A stretch of 64,000 nucleotides of DNA from Catajapyx aquilonaris (lineage: Eukaryota): positions 1 through 64,000 of the forward strand of contig KZ538521.1 of the NCBI GenBank assembly GCA_000934665.2, given 5' to 3'. Shown here one piece after another: positions 1 to 13,191 of this stretch. The notes under the pieces were generated by a model. That model saw only the letters and a program-made list of their open reading frames with translations. It ran no database searches and was not told the origin of the DNA. The stretch's first letter is position 1, and the number at the start of each line of letters is the position of its first letter. A program made the translations under genes and the position numbers.

Positions 1-497
1 CTGGTGCCCCTTATGCCATTGGTACATGGCTTATGGTAGAGTTCCGATACACCCTGTATAGTACACACCATCGCATGAGGCCATAAGAAATACTGTGGCT
101 GAACTGGTTTCCGTCGGCTTGGGGATAGAAAAATAAATATAATAAAAAGGTGGCAAATTCCATCCACTCACGCAAATACGGTATGATAGATAAATAGAAC
201 GGAGAGGTTTATATTGGCAAGGTTCCGTTACCATGGAAACGAAGCTCTTGGACTTCTGCCCAACTGATCTCACAGGCGACTCTTTAGGATGTGAAGATCA
301 GTATAAATATTTTCTCGGCTAAACTTTTTTTAATCCTGCAGCACTGTCTGCTCCGGTTAGATATATTCCAAACGGGCTCAGGTTTCAGCACCTTATGTAT
401 CAGGAAAAGTCTCCAAAATAATATTGACGAGCAAAAAAGTGGCCAAAAGAGCGTTTACCCTAAATTGCAACGTAATATAATAAACAATCAGACTGAC

Positions 498-645
498 CTC
501 CAGAGTGCCCCATTTATTGTCCTCCACCCGAACCAGTTCATAGGAGAAGCCAAGATCTTCAGCAAACTTTTCGAGCAAGTCGATGCAGAATCCAGAACAG
601 CACTGGTAGTAACTTGAATTCCGGAGGGCAGCCGTGTGGTTCAGC
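498..645 (-). CDS. Nmdar2: NMDA receptor subunit 2 exon (S1 ligand-binding segment)
   Basis: tttcag|G…GAG|gtcagt, 148 nt, phase 2 to 0. [49 protein letters not shown], containing the GluN2-type CC.GFCIDLL motif. Confidence 0.96.
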
Positions 646-865
646 CTGAAACGAGAGGTCAAAGTGGACTGCGAGGATACTTGATTTTCAATCGTCACCC
701 ATGTTTCTTGGATTCCAAGGCCGGAAAAAAAGTAACACAAGAAAATTATACATGTTACATTGCTGCATTAGCATCTGAAAACCCGCTCTGAAATATGGAG
801 ATAATATGGTATGATTTATTTTGAATTAACATGTGATAGAAGGCAGAGAAATTATAAGGCAATTT

Positions 866-1309
866 CAGAGTGTTCCGTAATGATTCCAACGATGTTCCAG
901 AGTGAACTATTGGACACCGGAGGATCACTTTTGTGATTGTGTCATTATTTTGGCCTCAACAGCCTCGTTATGAAGATAATGTGTCATAAGCACAGCAGTC
1001 TATAAAATATCCTGCAAGGTATGCGCCCTTCCATGCCACTTCGTCTCTTTTAACTTACAATGTAGACGTTACCATGCAGTTTTAATTCAACCTGAAATAT
1101 CATTAGGTGAAATAGAGTGAATTTTTCCAAGACGATGGCTGCATTTGGGGCATAGGAAATGGTATAATGCACTCTTTGATTAATGCTAGGCTAATTATCT
1201 CCGTAAAAGAAGGCTGTGGAGACCAGGTGATCCTTCTACATCAAGTGATCCTCTGGTGCCCAGGGTTTCATGCCAAAAGTTTGTCTGAATCATTATGAAA
1301 TACCCTCTA
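866..1309. mobile_element. Degenerate MITE with imperfect inverted ends
   Basis: Left cagagtgttccgtaatgattc…ggacaccggaggatcactt is mirrored by aagtgatcctctggtgccc…gaatcattatgaaataccctcta. Confidence 0.45.
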
Positions 1310-1494
1310 CATGCTAGGTATATTGTTTTGCAAGTATTTGTGACCTCAGACATGACAAAGAATTTTCTACTATTCCATCATTGCAATCATATCAATAGGC
1401 CTATATTCCAGCGCGGAATGCCGGTAAGTGACAGGGAATTGACAGACTGGGTCTAACCTCTAACTACTAGTAAGGGGCATTACTAAAAACTCTA

Positions 1495-1650
1495 TACAGG
1501 GTGTTCCAAGTTCGGGTCACTTCTGGATAACTGCTATATTCGACCCCCAGTGGGTCGAATATAGCAGTAGTTATAGAATGGGGCACATGGTTAGAGGCAC
1601 AACAAGCTACAAACTGCTATCGGGTGATATCAGTTATCAAGAAGTGACCC
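1495..1650. mobile_element. Fragment of a TACAGGGTG-type (Tc1/mariner-like) MITE with internal hairpin
   Basis: Starts tacagggtg. Inverted pair gggtcacttctggataactg (1514-1533) / cagttatcaagaagtgaccc (1631-1650). Perfect 17-bp hairpin 1530-1546/1552-1568. Confidence 0.5.
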
Positions 1651-4600
1651 TTGTCAAGAAGAACTTGGATATAATGATACGGTATCATTCGATCTTTAAT
1701 CTCTGTTTTAATCACCTCGTCTTTAATTTTCCCTTATTTGAGCTGAGGTTCCCTTTAATGAGGCATTAGCGGTGAATATTGAATGAAAGTGCTGGAAATA
1801 AATATGTGATTATTATCAATGGGAGTTAAGGCAGTAAACTCACATCCTGCTTTGCAAAACCCTGCGGTGTCTGCGGATTCGGGTGATCCTCGGAGCCTTG
1901 AATCAACACTCACCCAATCACTCAACAAAGGGGAAGCTTAGTATAAAGAGTTTGAACATGAATTACCCACGTATGACTTGCTACAGTTCAGCTAGCAGGG
2001 TACAGTTTCAGTCCTTGTGTTTCCATGGCTAACAATAACATGCTTATACAGTGAGGAAAGTCAACATCTAAGCAGGTCTAAACCCTGGCCGTGCAGCTTG
2101 CCATTGCTGTATAGAAGAGGTGAGGGCCTGAATATTTAACATCAAAGTTAAAACCACACAATTTGCTGGCAACAATGAACACACTATTTTACATTGACTT
2201 GATGTTTATCGTGGAAACATGTGAAATTATTCTCAATGGAAAGCTGCTTCCATATACTATTTTTTATGAGCAGCAGTTTATACTCGTGTTGACACCAACA
2301 ATCTGTGAGCAGTTTTGCACCACTTCAATCCTACAGACACTAAAACAGCATCCATATCACCCAGGTAATAGCTGTCATGAATTCTGAATGATATTGAGGA
2401 CTATTTTACTGTAAATAGAGCATATCCAGGGTCTTCAGCCATACACTCACGTCAATTGGCCCTACAAACAGTGGAGAGTTCTTCATGTGTCCAACAGCTA
2501 CAATTCAACTGATCAACATGACCGCAAGTGGAGGACGAGAATGCCACTTGAGAACAAGTTTCAACCTCATTTTACTTCTTCCTCATCAGTTGTGACAGCA
2601 CAAAGGACATTATGAAATTAATTTCACAGGTGGTAATTATTTGAAAGAGCTCTTGAGGGAACAAGATAGTAAATAATGCTGTTTCTTATGCCTGCGGGAG
2701 TTCTCTTCGTTGCAGGAATTATTCCCCTTGTACTGAAGGGCTTCCAAGATGCCTTTTAAGCTCTGGAATGCGAAAACAATATGTCGTGTTTAATATAACT
2801 TACAGTACCGCAAGTCCTCACGATCTAGTGAGTCAAACCTGTATGGTAGTGTAGCTTTAATCTGCGGGTGTAGCCTACAATATATTTGATTGCTTAAGAA
2901 GGAAATGCAAATGGGATAAAGGCATGGATTGCAAAACTGCATCATAAATGAAGGGGTGTGGTAGAAAACTTCATATAGGCCTCAAAAGAGTAACTTTTCG
3001 GGAGAGAGAATATAAGTTTTCACTCTTGTCACAAATCGTATGGCATGTGGGTTTGTGATCTAGTCCATGTTGCTGTCTCGTGCATGATACGTGAACTTGA
3101 AGTATTCCAAACTGTTTTTCATGTTTTTTTATACTATAGTTGCTACTTGCTAGGTGTTTAGATAAAAATTGACAAAATTGAGGGTTATGAAGTTTTTCCA
3201 CCACTCCTCTCTGATTTTGACAGGCCTTCCTCTTAACCAAGTAATTTTATTGTCATGATTCTGGTAGAGAATAAGTATTTCTTCATTAAAGGATTCTGAC
3301 AGAATCAAATGGTCACCTATAAGTAGTTAAAAAGATAATTTCAAATGTCAATTGAAATGTTAAACCTAAATGAGAACAGAGCTGCCAATAATATACGCAA
3401 TATGCTAATCTCTTTTCCTTGTTAAAAATTTGTAAAATGTCACAACTGGCTCTATAGAACTACGACAGGAACGGTCTTCAGGGAAATATATTAAAATCTT
3501 TAGGATTTATTTTGTCAAAAATGTCCGTTGCAAGATTTGTTCCTTATGCAGATTAACGTCCAATTAGCTTTATTTGGAACACGACGTGTCAAAACGAACA
3601 CAAGTGTAATTCTTCATAGGAAAAAAACACAAAAGCAGGGTGTGAATACACTTACGGTATTAATAATAACTTTGTACAATATATCAGCATTCGAGGCATC
3701 AAGGTGAATGTGTACTACAAACTACAGAGCAGTGACATCAGTAGAAAAAAACATACTGTATACTCTTTTTTACTGCTAAGGTACAGTACTTTCAATGGTC
3801 AGATCAACTGCGAGGGCCACGCGCAATTATATTATTTGAATCCGAACAGTCATTAAATAAAATACTTACCATGCAATAAATAATATAGCAGGTGTCCAGT
3901 GCGTAATGATATTTTTTGGTGCATTACACTCTAATTAATTGCAACATAAATTAATTGTGTTTCATTAACTCCGAATGTACTGTACTATGTGAGAGTCAAC
4001 CCTCAATACACGCAATCGCATACCACATTTATTACCTAATCATGGCAAATTCTGCTATATGGTACTCAATTTGGCTTTTTTGACGTTTCTTTGCTCTTAT
4101 ATTCTCAGTAATATGCAAGGCCTAACATTTTAAAAGCACAAAGAGAAGCAAAATTAAAGAATGATATTGACTGTCATTATTTTCATTACTGCTTGAACCG
4201 AAGCAGCATACCCTAATCAGCAAGCAGTTTATGTCAATAGTTTCACCACAGACCAGAGCAGAGCCATAATAAATTTGATGCTAACCTTCGTCGTTTATGT
4301 ATGAACGGCTGTGTGAATTGTTCCATTTGAAAATGATGTGTGAGGGTAAATGATCGGATCATTTTCCAGCAGGTAAAGTAACTATTCTGCATGCAATCTC
4401 TGTTTCATTCAGGACTTATATGATGGAAAACCTCATTAAAGAACAAATTGCATGTAAATGAAAGATATTACAGACTATAACATGTAATGTGTACGTTGCA
4501 AGGCTCAAATCAATTACTAATAAACTCGAAAGTAGGAAGACTGAAATTTTACAAAGGACTGAATCACGTGCATGCGAATATTCTCATGCGACATGAAAAT

Positions 4601-4700
4601 AAATTAGGTTTATATAATATTGTATAGCATCACATCAAACAAAATGAACAGATAAAACCGTTAAGTTCATATCATGATTGTACTGTACAAGTAGTAACAG

Positions 4701-5930
4701 GGGTTGGTGCAATATCGCCCTAACCCACCAGGACCTGATTTTGATAAAACTGAAATTAAAAGTTTGATGGTCCATCAATCACTTTGTCCATATGACGATT
4801 TTCATCCCCCCCCTCCCAATATGCATGAAATTAATAAGGAAAATTTATGTACTATTATTATGATGATGATGCACCACCCACTCTTAAGAATGAACAAAAT
4901 ATGGTGGCCACGTTTGAAAAAAAAAGGTTAGGGCAGTGTTTTGCCATCATTGGGTTTAGTTTTCTTGCTGATTCCAGCCCCAATCTCAGCAATGTTCACA
5001 AGTCTGTGGTGTCCATTCTATTGACCACGAACTTCTTCGTTCTGTTGAATTGAAGTATGCAATCAGCACATTCTTCTGGAGTGTATATGAGTGGCATTGC
5101 CTGCGAGAGAACAGCTCATTGTGGCCAAAATCCCTGTCACAGGAAAGTTGCGTATGTCCCACAACAAGAAAGTGGTGGAGAACATCGGTGATTATTTCAT
5201 TGTAGAGACCAATCAGGGCCCAGTTCTTGTTCTGTCCCTTGCAGTTATCACTAATGTACGGAAAACGAGAAAACGATCTGACGTCATCGTTTCTTCCATT
5301 GTTGCTTTTTGTTGACACTGTTTACTCATATTGTTCTGTGAGGGTATTTCCAGGGAAACTGTGATGACGTCAGATTGCTCTCTCATTTTCCGTACATTAT
5401 GATGATGTGAAGCTGATCAAAAGTTTTCCCAAGACTTTGGAGGCATTTAAAAATGCAACTGCCTATTTCATCTGCTCCTCTCTCTGCTATGTTTTCAGGC
5501 CATAAGAACACGTATCTCAAGTCCATATAAATCAATATTATTTTGCTGCAATAGTTCACTACTGCTTTGCACATGATCATTATCAGGATCGAAATCTGAA
5601 TCTTCGGAACTCTCATCCACATCGGGGTCATCAAACGACAAAAGCTTACTACTATTTGAGCCTGACTCGTGAGACACAGCTGCTCGCAGCTGCAACCTAC
5701 GCGCCGCCATATTGGAAGATTGAAGGTTAGGGCGGTTTTGCTGCAGAAGTTTAGGTATTCACATCCTTGCAGCAAGGAAAATATAGTTTGATACCGGTAC
5801 GCTATCTCACAGACAGGTGGCAGAAACTGCTATATCTCAGTGTACTTTATTATATTTTAGTGTAGGATATGGAAGTGCGCGAAACTCAAATTGTGTCATT
5901 TGGTGGGTTAGGGCGGTATTGACCCTTGAC
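4701..5930 (-). mobile_element. Degenerate Sola-superfamily DNA transposon remnant (right terminus split by a hAT-like insertion, resumes 7749-7758)
   Basis: Minus-strand ORF 4986-5318 has SDNCKGQNKN…HHFLVVGHTQLSCDRDFG, the DxCxGQNKN / GHx4CDRDF signature of Sola transposases. Acidic N-terminal fragment at 5495-5710. Inverted ends caata(t/c)cgccctaacccacca at ~4710-4730 and 5901-5921. Confidence 0.75.
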
Positions 5931-6210
5931 CAGGGATGGGCAGTATTTAAATACAAATGTATTTAAATACGTATTTAAATACTTCTTGGTATTTAGATAT
6001 GTATTTATAACTACATTGATTTTCCTGTATTTAAATACGGTATTTCAATACATTTCTGAGTATTTAAATACAGAAGTATTTAAATACATATCGTAAATAC
6101 TTTCCCTAATTCCCTTTTAATATTATTTGCATAATTCTTAATTCTGATTCCTATAATGAAATAAATGCAGCTAATTGGCAGCTTTTTCTCCTAGGCAGCT
6201 TGCAGCATGA

Positions 6211-7504
6211 TACGAGGCGCATCCAGAAAGTAAGTTCCGTTTTTTTTAAATTAGACAAATTCCAATGCACCCCCAGAATTTTTATTTTTACACATCTGAA
6301 ATCGACAACTGTCTACATTTTTGCAAAATAGTTTCCAGCCAAATCGAGGCATTTTTCATTGAGTTACACACGATTTTGTATGTCTTCTTCTTCTACCCTG
6401 TGATAGAGCCAGTGGTTTTTTTAGGGGAGGTGGGATACCACCATATTTTCTTAATTATTTTTGGTTTTTATTCAACTCCGGTGCAGGGAAATCAAGGACA
6501 TTTGGGTAAGGGTAGGGATTTTTGGGGAGGGAACGTAGGTGCAGGTGCAATGTCTCAAGTTTGAGCCATGTGCATGTCCCCCAGGAGGTTAGGTGGTTGC
6601 CAGACACCTCCAAGGTAAGGGTCAGAGACCCTCCCGACGCAGGTGAAAGGGAACTCCCAGGCGGGGGTCGAACCTGGGACCTTTCACACAGCAAGCCATC
6701 TCTGCCACCGCACCTCCCCAATATTTTGTATGTTTATGTCATAAAAGTAATTTTCGCGACCCCTGAACGCTGGAATGCAATTCCTCGTCATCGTCAACAT
6801 TCTGCTTTGCAAGCCATTTCTTTCTGTCCATTTACAGGTGGTCATTATTGCTAGGCTCTAAATCCCGGGTGCAACCTTGCCCGGGTGATCTAACAATTCA
6901 CATTTGAATATACTTGTATTGTTGGGGCATGGTTCCAGTATACGCAAGGCACTAGGCAGACAGGCACTGTCGCGCAAGAAAACACCACGAAACTCAACGC
7001 TACGTTTGATCAATCCAAAAGGGTTATTGTGAGACATTACAGAAGATAAGGATGGCCATTAATAAGGAACGTATCGGTATAATATTGCCGACAGACCCTC
7101 GGACAATGCCCGTCTGCCCACTCTGGTCTGCCTACTGTCTTTATACGTGCTGGAACCCTGCTGCAACAATTCAAGTGAGAATTGTTTGATCACTTGTGAT
7201 TTGGAGCCTAGCGATTACTACCTGTCCACGGACAGGAAGAAATGGCTTGCAAAGCATAATGTTGACAATGAAGAAGAATTGCAATCCAGCGTTCAGGGGT
7301 CGCGGAAATAGCTTGCGGCAGACTTCTATGACATAGGCATACAAAATCGTGTGTAACTCAATGAAAAATGCCTCGATTTGGCTGGAAACTATTTTTGAAA
7401 AAAGTATACAGTTGCCTATTTCAGACGTGTAAATAAAAATTCTGGGGTGCATTGTGTTTTTTTCTAATTAAAAAATGGACCTTACTTTCTGGATGCGCCT
7501 CGTA
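6211..7504. mobile_element. Mariner-like fold-back MITE nested in the hAT-like element
   Basis: TA-CGAGGCGCATCCAGAAAGTAAG…CTTACTTTCTGGATGCGCCTCG-TA, with long inverted arms of several hundred bp. Confidence 0.88.
6384..6722 (-). mobile_element. tRNA-derived SINE, family A
   Basis: Head ggggaggtgcggtggc…ggttcgacccc (B-box), (AAG)n tail, 11-bp TSD attttgtatgt (6373-6383, 6723-6733). Homologous to 14968-15314. Confidence 0.88.
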
Positions 7505-8165
7505 ATAATAGAAATATGCTATGTTTTCATTTTTTTATCCAAATAATGATGGCAAGAAATAGTTCACATTAACAAAAAATGTATTTGAAATGTATTTACG
7601 AAAGTATTTAAATACTTTTGATGTATTTAGTATTTAGTATCTAATTACTTTCTTGTGCAGTATTTAGTATTTAGCATTTAATTACATTTTTTTGCAGTAG
7701 TTAGTATTTAGTATTTAATTACATTCAAGTATTTAGTGCCCATCCCTGCCCTTGACTCATAAATAAGGTCAAAATATACAGTTTGAAACATTTTCTTTCT
7801 GATACCATACGTAACTTGCGTTATATGGTATATCGTTGGTAGTGAAAAAAAAATGAAAACATTAAAGAGGAGAATATTTGGCAGTGTGGCACAATTTACT
7901 TTTACGAAAAGGCCACAGTCAATCAAGAGTGTACGGCAACAGTAAATTTACTGACAAAAGGTAGGCGGTGATACATTTATGCGACATTGCCTGCAGAAAA
8001 AACCTTGCAGGGGACCCTCTTTGATCTGCAAATAAAAGGGGCCTTTAGTCGATCAAATCTGGCGCTCTTCTCAATTTAAAAAATTATCCCGCAGTCTCCT
8101 GTTTTTGATGCCCATCCTGGTTTTCCGCATATGATTTGCAGGCGAAATAATGTATACGGTATAGT

Positions 8166-8446
8166 TTGAATGACATATTGAGCAGGTGCAACAGACTACC
8201 AGCAAGGTCCATATTCAATACTTTACTCATTTTTACCGCCAAAGTACAGTTACTGGAATATCATTCTAACATCGTCAGCCTTTTATGTGAAGCCATTTAT
8301 GTCACCATTATGGAAGATTCACAGTGGTACAGTTATGTAATGAACTAATGGTAAGCATTTGATTTTATTACATTACCAACTGAAGACGTAAAATGCAGAT
8401 CGAAGCCGCATTTTGGTCAAAACTGAGTTAGGTATTGCTTAATAAA
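8166..8446 (+). mobile_element. Possible degenerate 3' end of a Penelope-like retroelement
   Basis: KVQLLEYHSN…LLCEAIYV…MN resembles a GIY-YIG C-terminus. It is followed by a hammerhead-like CTGAAGA-stem-C(A)AAAC-GTTA fold and AATAAA. Confidence 0.35.
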
Positions 8447-8598
8447 GTCTTCGAGGGGCTGATTGGTCAAGTCAGTTTTCTGATGTAGATCTGTTACTCT
8501 GTTAGTCCCCTAGGGATGTGCTTGATGAGAAAATATTTCGTAAGAGCTTCGAACTTCAAGCCCTTGTATCTAGAAATAAGTAATGTGACTGATAATTC

Positions 8599-8749
8599 CA
8601 AGGGGGTAATCACTCGACTGAGAAGTGTACAGCACTGGAGTACCAAATTCAAGGAGTACCAAGGAGTAATAAAGAGTGAGGTACCTGAGGAGTACCAGGG
8701 AGTACCACTCGCAGGTGTACACCGGAGTACCGAAGTGATTACCCCCTTG
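8599..8749 (+). mobile_element. 151-bp MITE with 8-bp TSD (hAT/P-like)
   Basis: TIR caagggggtaatcact…agtgattacccccttg. TSD gataattc (8591-8598, 8750-8757). Internal ggagtacc repeats. Second copy at 13720-13874. Confidence 0.88.
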
Positions 8750-11455
8750 GATAATTCTTCATTTCAGGTCTTCGCTAATAATAATTATATCCATATTCAG
8801 AAACAGGTACTCTATTGGTATAAAACGCTGGTCAATTTTCTTTAAACTTCAGGTATTCGCCATAATGGTCTGAAGTTTTTAAGAGCAAATGTGTTTCAAG
8901 ATGTCTTATCTAAAGACATTGAATGAAAATGTCAGCATCCGAAGAAAGTCGCGATTGAAATACAGCTCAAACTGCAATGGTTACATACGAAAAACTAATA
9001 TCACATCAGATAAGAGCACAATCGCGTTTGTGCGATTCAGTACCCACAGTATATGTCGATCGAGAACAAATTACGACCATTTAACATCCATGAAATTGTC
9101 AATTATTTGAGAGGACCAACCCCACGCAAAATTCATTACCTCAATGCATCACATATCCGGTGTAATATAAATGATATACAGGGCCATCCTCCTACTCCTG
9201 CCTCCCCCTTTTCACATTTACGTATAGCCCCAGATATTTGATTTTTCCATGCTTTTGATAACCCCCCACATCCGGTCGATCTAATCTGTGCTAATGCAAT
9301 GAGGCACATTTCGGATATAACACGAACTATCCTGCACTTGCATATGAAAAAAAGAATGAAAAAAAGGAATCCATAATATGGATGATTTAGTCACGATTCC
9401 ACGCTTCGACGTTGGAGTTCACAGAAGGCACAAGGTGCAATTTAAATCTCTTCTTATCCAGCAGATCAAACAGGCAGATGAGAATTTGGGGATTCAGGTT
9501 CCATTCCCCACAACCAGCATCCCCATTCGCCCACTACCACCCGGTCTGGGGACCAGAATTGCTCATAACATGCTAAGGAGGTTTTCCCAGTTTGCCAAAA
9601 TGGAGCAGTATTTGCCAACGTGCACACCTTTTGCAGCCTCATGAGGGTGCTTGTTTGGAAATTATTCAGCGTGTAATGTTAGCATATTTTTTCCTAAGCT
9701 TCAAGTGACGACATTATGCCAGTGCAGTACACATGGTAAATCCGGAGCGTGGTTTTGGTTTTCTCATTCATGGCCAGCACTTGCGAGCTTTTGCGTAAAT
9801 TGGGTGGGCTCTCCAAAGAAGTTGGGGAGCTAATATGCACATGCACAACTTGTATGCGACGATTTAGTGGGCAGATTTTCTGCGACAGAGTTGTTGTTCA
9901 TTATGAACTAAATGCCCTGAAGAACGACCAAAGGTAAAAATGAAAACATATGGAGGATGTTTAAATTATTCATTGCTGTAATCCAATATTATTGTGGATT
10001 CAGAATTGTTTCAGGAGGCATTATGCCATAATATCCTCATCGTATGCGCCATGTGTAGCAGTATACATCAGATGCCACAAGAAATGGCTTAATGCCATGA
10101 GAGTAATGGGGCGATGTCTTCAAAGAAATTTTTCACTTCGCTCTTTAGACGTCTCAATTTGTTGCCAACTTGTTCCCCAACTATGCGAGATAAAAAAAAA
10201 GAAAACGGCAACGACCTGTACTATTATTGTAAAAATGGAACTCTCATTGTATTTTGGTTCCAACTATGGACACAAGCAGTCAACTTGTTATTTTCTATTT
10301 TTGTTTTGGTGAAGCCAGTCAAGAAACGTACATTCATTAGTCTCGCAACAAAGAGACAGGGCACTATGGGAAGGAAAGATTCTAAAATCGCCCATGCCCT
10401 TTGTTCCCCCAAGCAGAGAGTAGGGTACAAAAACAGCACAGAGAAAGCTGGAAAAAGGAGAGAGGACAAAAAAAACAGACGAATTTTCTTTGCCTCACGT
10501 AAGAGCAACTCACCTTTTTAAGCCATGTAATTGGGCTTTTTGGGACAACCAAATAAAAAGCAGGCACCAGAGTAATTTGGTACGGGGGCTGGGCTTTTAA
10601 TTTTTTCCACCTGGACAAACCGAGTAGAGGTTGCATTTCGCAGTCGACAGACTTCACAAAGGCTCTTCAAGACACATTAGATGGCAGCACCACTGCAAGC
10701 AGCGCCCCTTAGTGCCTTCTCCGCAAACTACGCGCACGCCGACAAAACTATATGAAGCCAAGCCACGTTTACGCGCCCCATAAGTCTCAAAAACAATGGC
10801 ATGTGGGGGGTTTACGGATGCACCATCGCTCATTAATCTCCGCTAATCGAGTAAAAAAAAATAGTGACAAGATTGATTGCGCACCCCCAGCACTCTTGTG
10901 CTTGCCATTGAAGTATCAGACTGTGGAATTATTCCTGCCGAAAGATATGGGAATGATTAATTAGAAGCCAGTCCCTCCTAAATCGTACAGCTGAGCAGCA
11001 TGGAAATTAAACCAGACCCTTCCAGATCGGATTTAGGGAAGATGTTATCCTCCTCAAATGGCAATTAACCCTAATTCTTGGGCTGCGCGGGTGCTCTCCG
11101 TGTACAAAAATTATTTCCAACCTTTCGAGTGTAATGTCATTGCGGAGCAGCCCACTACCTTTTGATATAGTATACATACAAACGCACTTTTGGTCTTGAG
11201 TTTTCGCCTCGTTTGTCTTAATTAACCTGGGCGGAGTTCTGGCTCCAAGTCTGGGAGTTTACATCTGCACGTTTTAAAGCGATGCGATGTGGTGAATGAG
11301 TTTAACTTTTGCAGTGCAACATCACCCTGAGAGTTAATCACGTAGCTGGCACGGTTCAACCTCCATGAGAAAAAGAGAGACCAAACTCCTAAAACACAAT
11401 CATCGGGTAGTTCTACCTCCACTATTTTCACATCTACTCTTGCCAGAGAGAATTG

Positions 11456-12402
11456 TAAGGTGGTTGTACCGGTTATGGCCATGCTAAGGTTTGAGAATTT
11501 TTCTAGCCACCTTTTTGAAAAAAAATCAAAACCTTTTTTTTGCAACTGTTCCCAGGTTAATGGACTGTCATGATAATAAATTTAATTCCCCATGAAAATA
11601 GTTTTACTGGTCCAAAAAAAACGAATTCCAAAAGTCGGCACACTGGCCATATCAGGAACATGTGTGCATGATATGGCCACCCTTGTTCCACGTTCTACAA
11701 ATCGCGACTTTTTCCAGTTTCATAGAGCAGTTCTGCTGAAATTAAATAATTTTGGTGTGAAATCAATAAACATGGTACGAAATTATCCTTTTTGTTATGC
11801 AAAAGAGGATTCAAAACAGGAATTGCCATTAAAAATTATGTTGTTTGCAAAATTGACATTACCATTACAATTTTTTTTAAACCATTTGAAATGATTCAAG
11901 AGAAGAGCACAAGACATAATAATTGAGATTGTTAAAACAAATTACTGTTCGCAATTGAGACAAATAAAAATATAATACTTGATGTGGCTATGGTGCACTT
12001 GATGTGGCCATATCAGGAGCAGGTCAGCAGCCGTCAAATATTACGAAAATAGTTTGATTTTGAACACCTCTTAAAACATACGCCATCAACGGCAACACCA
12101 ATCGAAAAGGCATTAAAAACTGAATAGAGTACGATGGTTTTCATGAAATATGTCTTTGAAAAACACGCACAAAACAGAGGAGACGAACATGAGAAAAACA
12201 AGAAGAGGTCACACGAAAAACACAAACCAGGCAACTGAGGCCATATGGCTCAACCTGGGTGGATGGGAAATGATCAAGTGACACACTTGGATGCCCCCTC
12301 ACTGGCTGCTCTGCTCATGCCATATAGCGGATTTCTTTGTTAGTTAACTCACAGCGGGGTGGACATATCAGGAGCCTGGCCATAACCGGTACGACCACCT
12401 TA
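11456..12402. mobile_element. TA-flanked TIR non-autonomous DNA transposon (Tc1/mariner/pogo-like)
   Basis: 26-bp near-perfect inverted ends taaggtggt(t/c)gtaccggttatggcca. Internal repeats of ggccatatcagga. Confidence 0.8.
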
Positions 12403-12890
12403 TATTTTATTGGAACAAAAACTCCACAATCAAGGACCATAAAAATGTGGCACACCCCAAAAAGCATTTACATCGTTGGAACTCCGATCTAGGCTTGCAC
12501 TCTCCCCAGTTACATGGGGGTCTGAAATAAAAATGCAAAGCGCTAATTGTTCATGCAGCACTCCGCGAAGACTAATTGAATGTAAAATAGCAAAATGACT
12601 CAAACGAAGCTCTAACGCGGCGGAGAGTACAATTAAGTTCTTCTAAATGCAAAGTTGGCAGGTATATCGACACATTATACCTCTCAGTATCGACATTTTG
12701 TTCGCTATCAGGCATATTGCAGGAACGTGCTTGTGACATTGAGTAAAAGCACTTCATAATAACGTTAAGTAAACTTATTAATTTTATGACTGAAGCTGCA
12801 GGCATGTTTCAAACTTCTTGAGCGGGTATACACAACGTGAAGGCTGCTGTCAGGAGCGTCAATAAATTCTGTTTCTCAAGATCTTTCCTC

Positions 12891-12895
12891 TAGTG

Positions 12896-12968
<73 letters not shown>
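12891..12968. repeat. (GTG)n/(GTA)n microsatellite
   Basis: Directly visible. Confidence 0.97.
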
Positions 12969-13191
12969 ATTTTTGGCTCCGGTTTCACCCCCACCCCTTA
13001 TTCACCCCCACCCCTTACATGAACCTATCCTATATTGAAAAATATAAGGTACAGTATGTTTCAGGAAAATACAGACAAACCTTTACATTGACTGTGCCAG
13101 CCGGAGGATCACTTTATCAAGGGGGGTTATTATTTTGGTCTTGGCAGTGTAGTTATCGAAATAATGAGCTTTTAAATTTGAATCATAACAA

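Larger units (their letters stand above)
5931..7748. mobile_element. Non-autonomous hAT-like element
   Basis: TIRs cagggatgggc…gcccatccctg. Perfect 8-bp TSD cccttgac (5923-5930, 7749-7756). Subterminal arrays of gtatttaaatac/gtatttag. Confidence 0.88.

Noticed and set aside
383..400. TTCAGCACC as a REST/NRSE site
   Set aside because: Only the left half-site is present, and REST regulation is not established in arthropods.
2543..2598. Minus-strand CTGATGA…GAAAC hammerhead-like spacing
   Set aside because: The intervening sequence is purine-rich and cannot form stem II.
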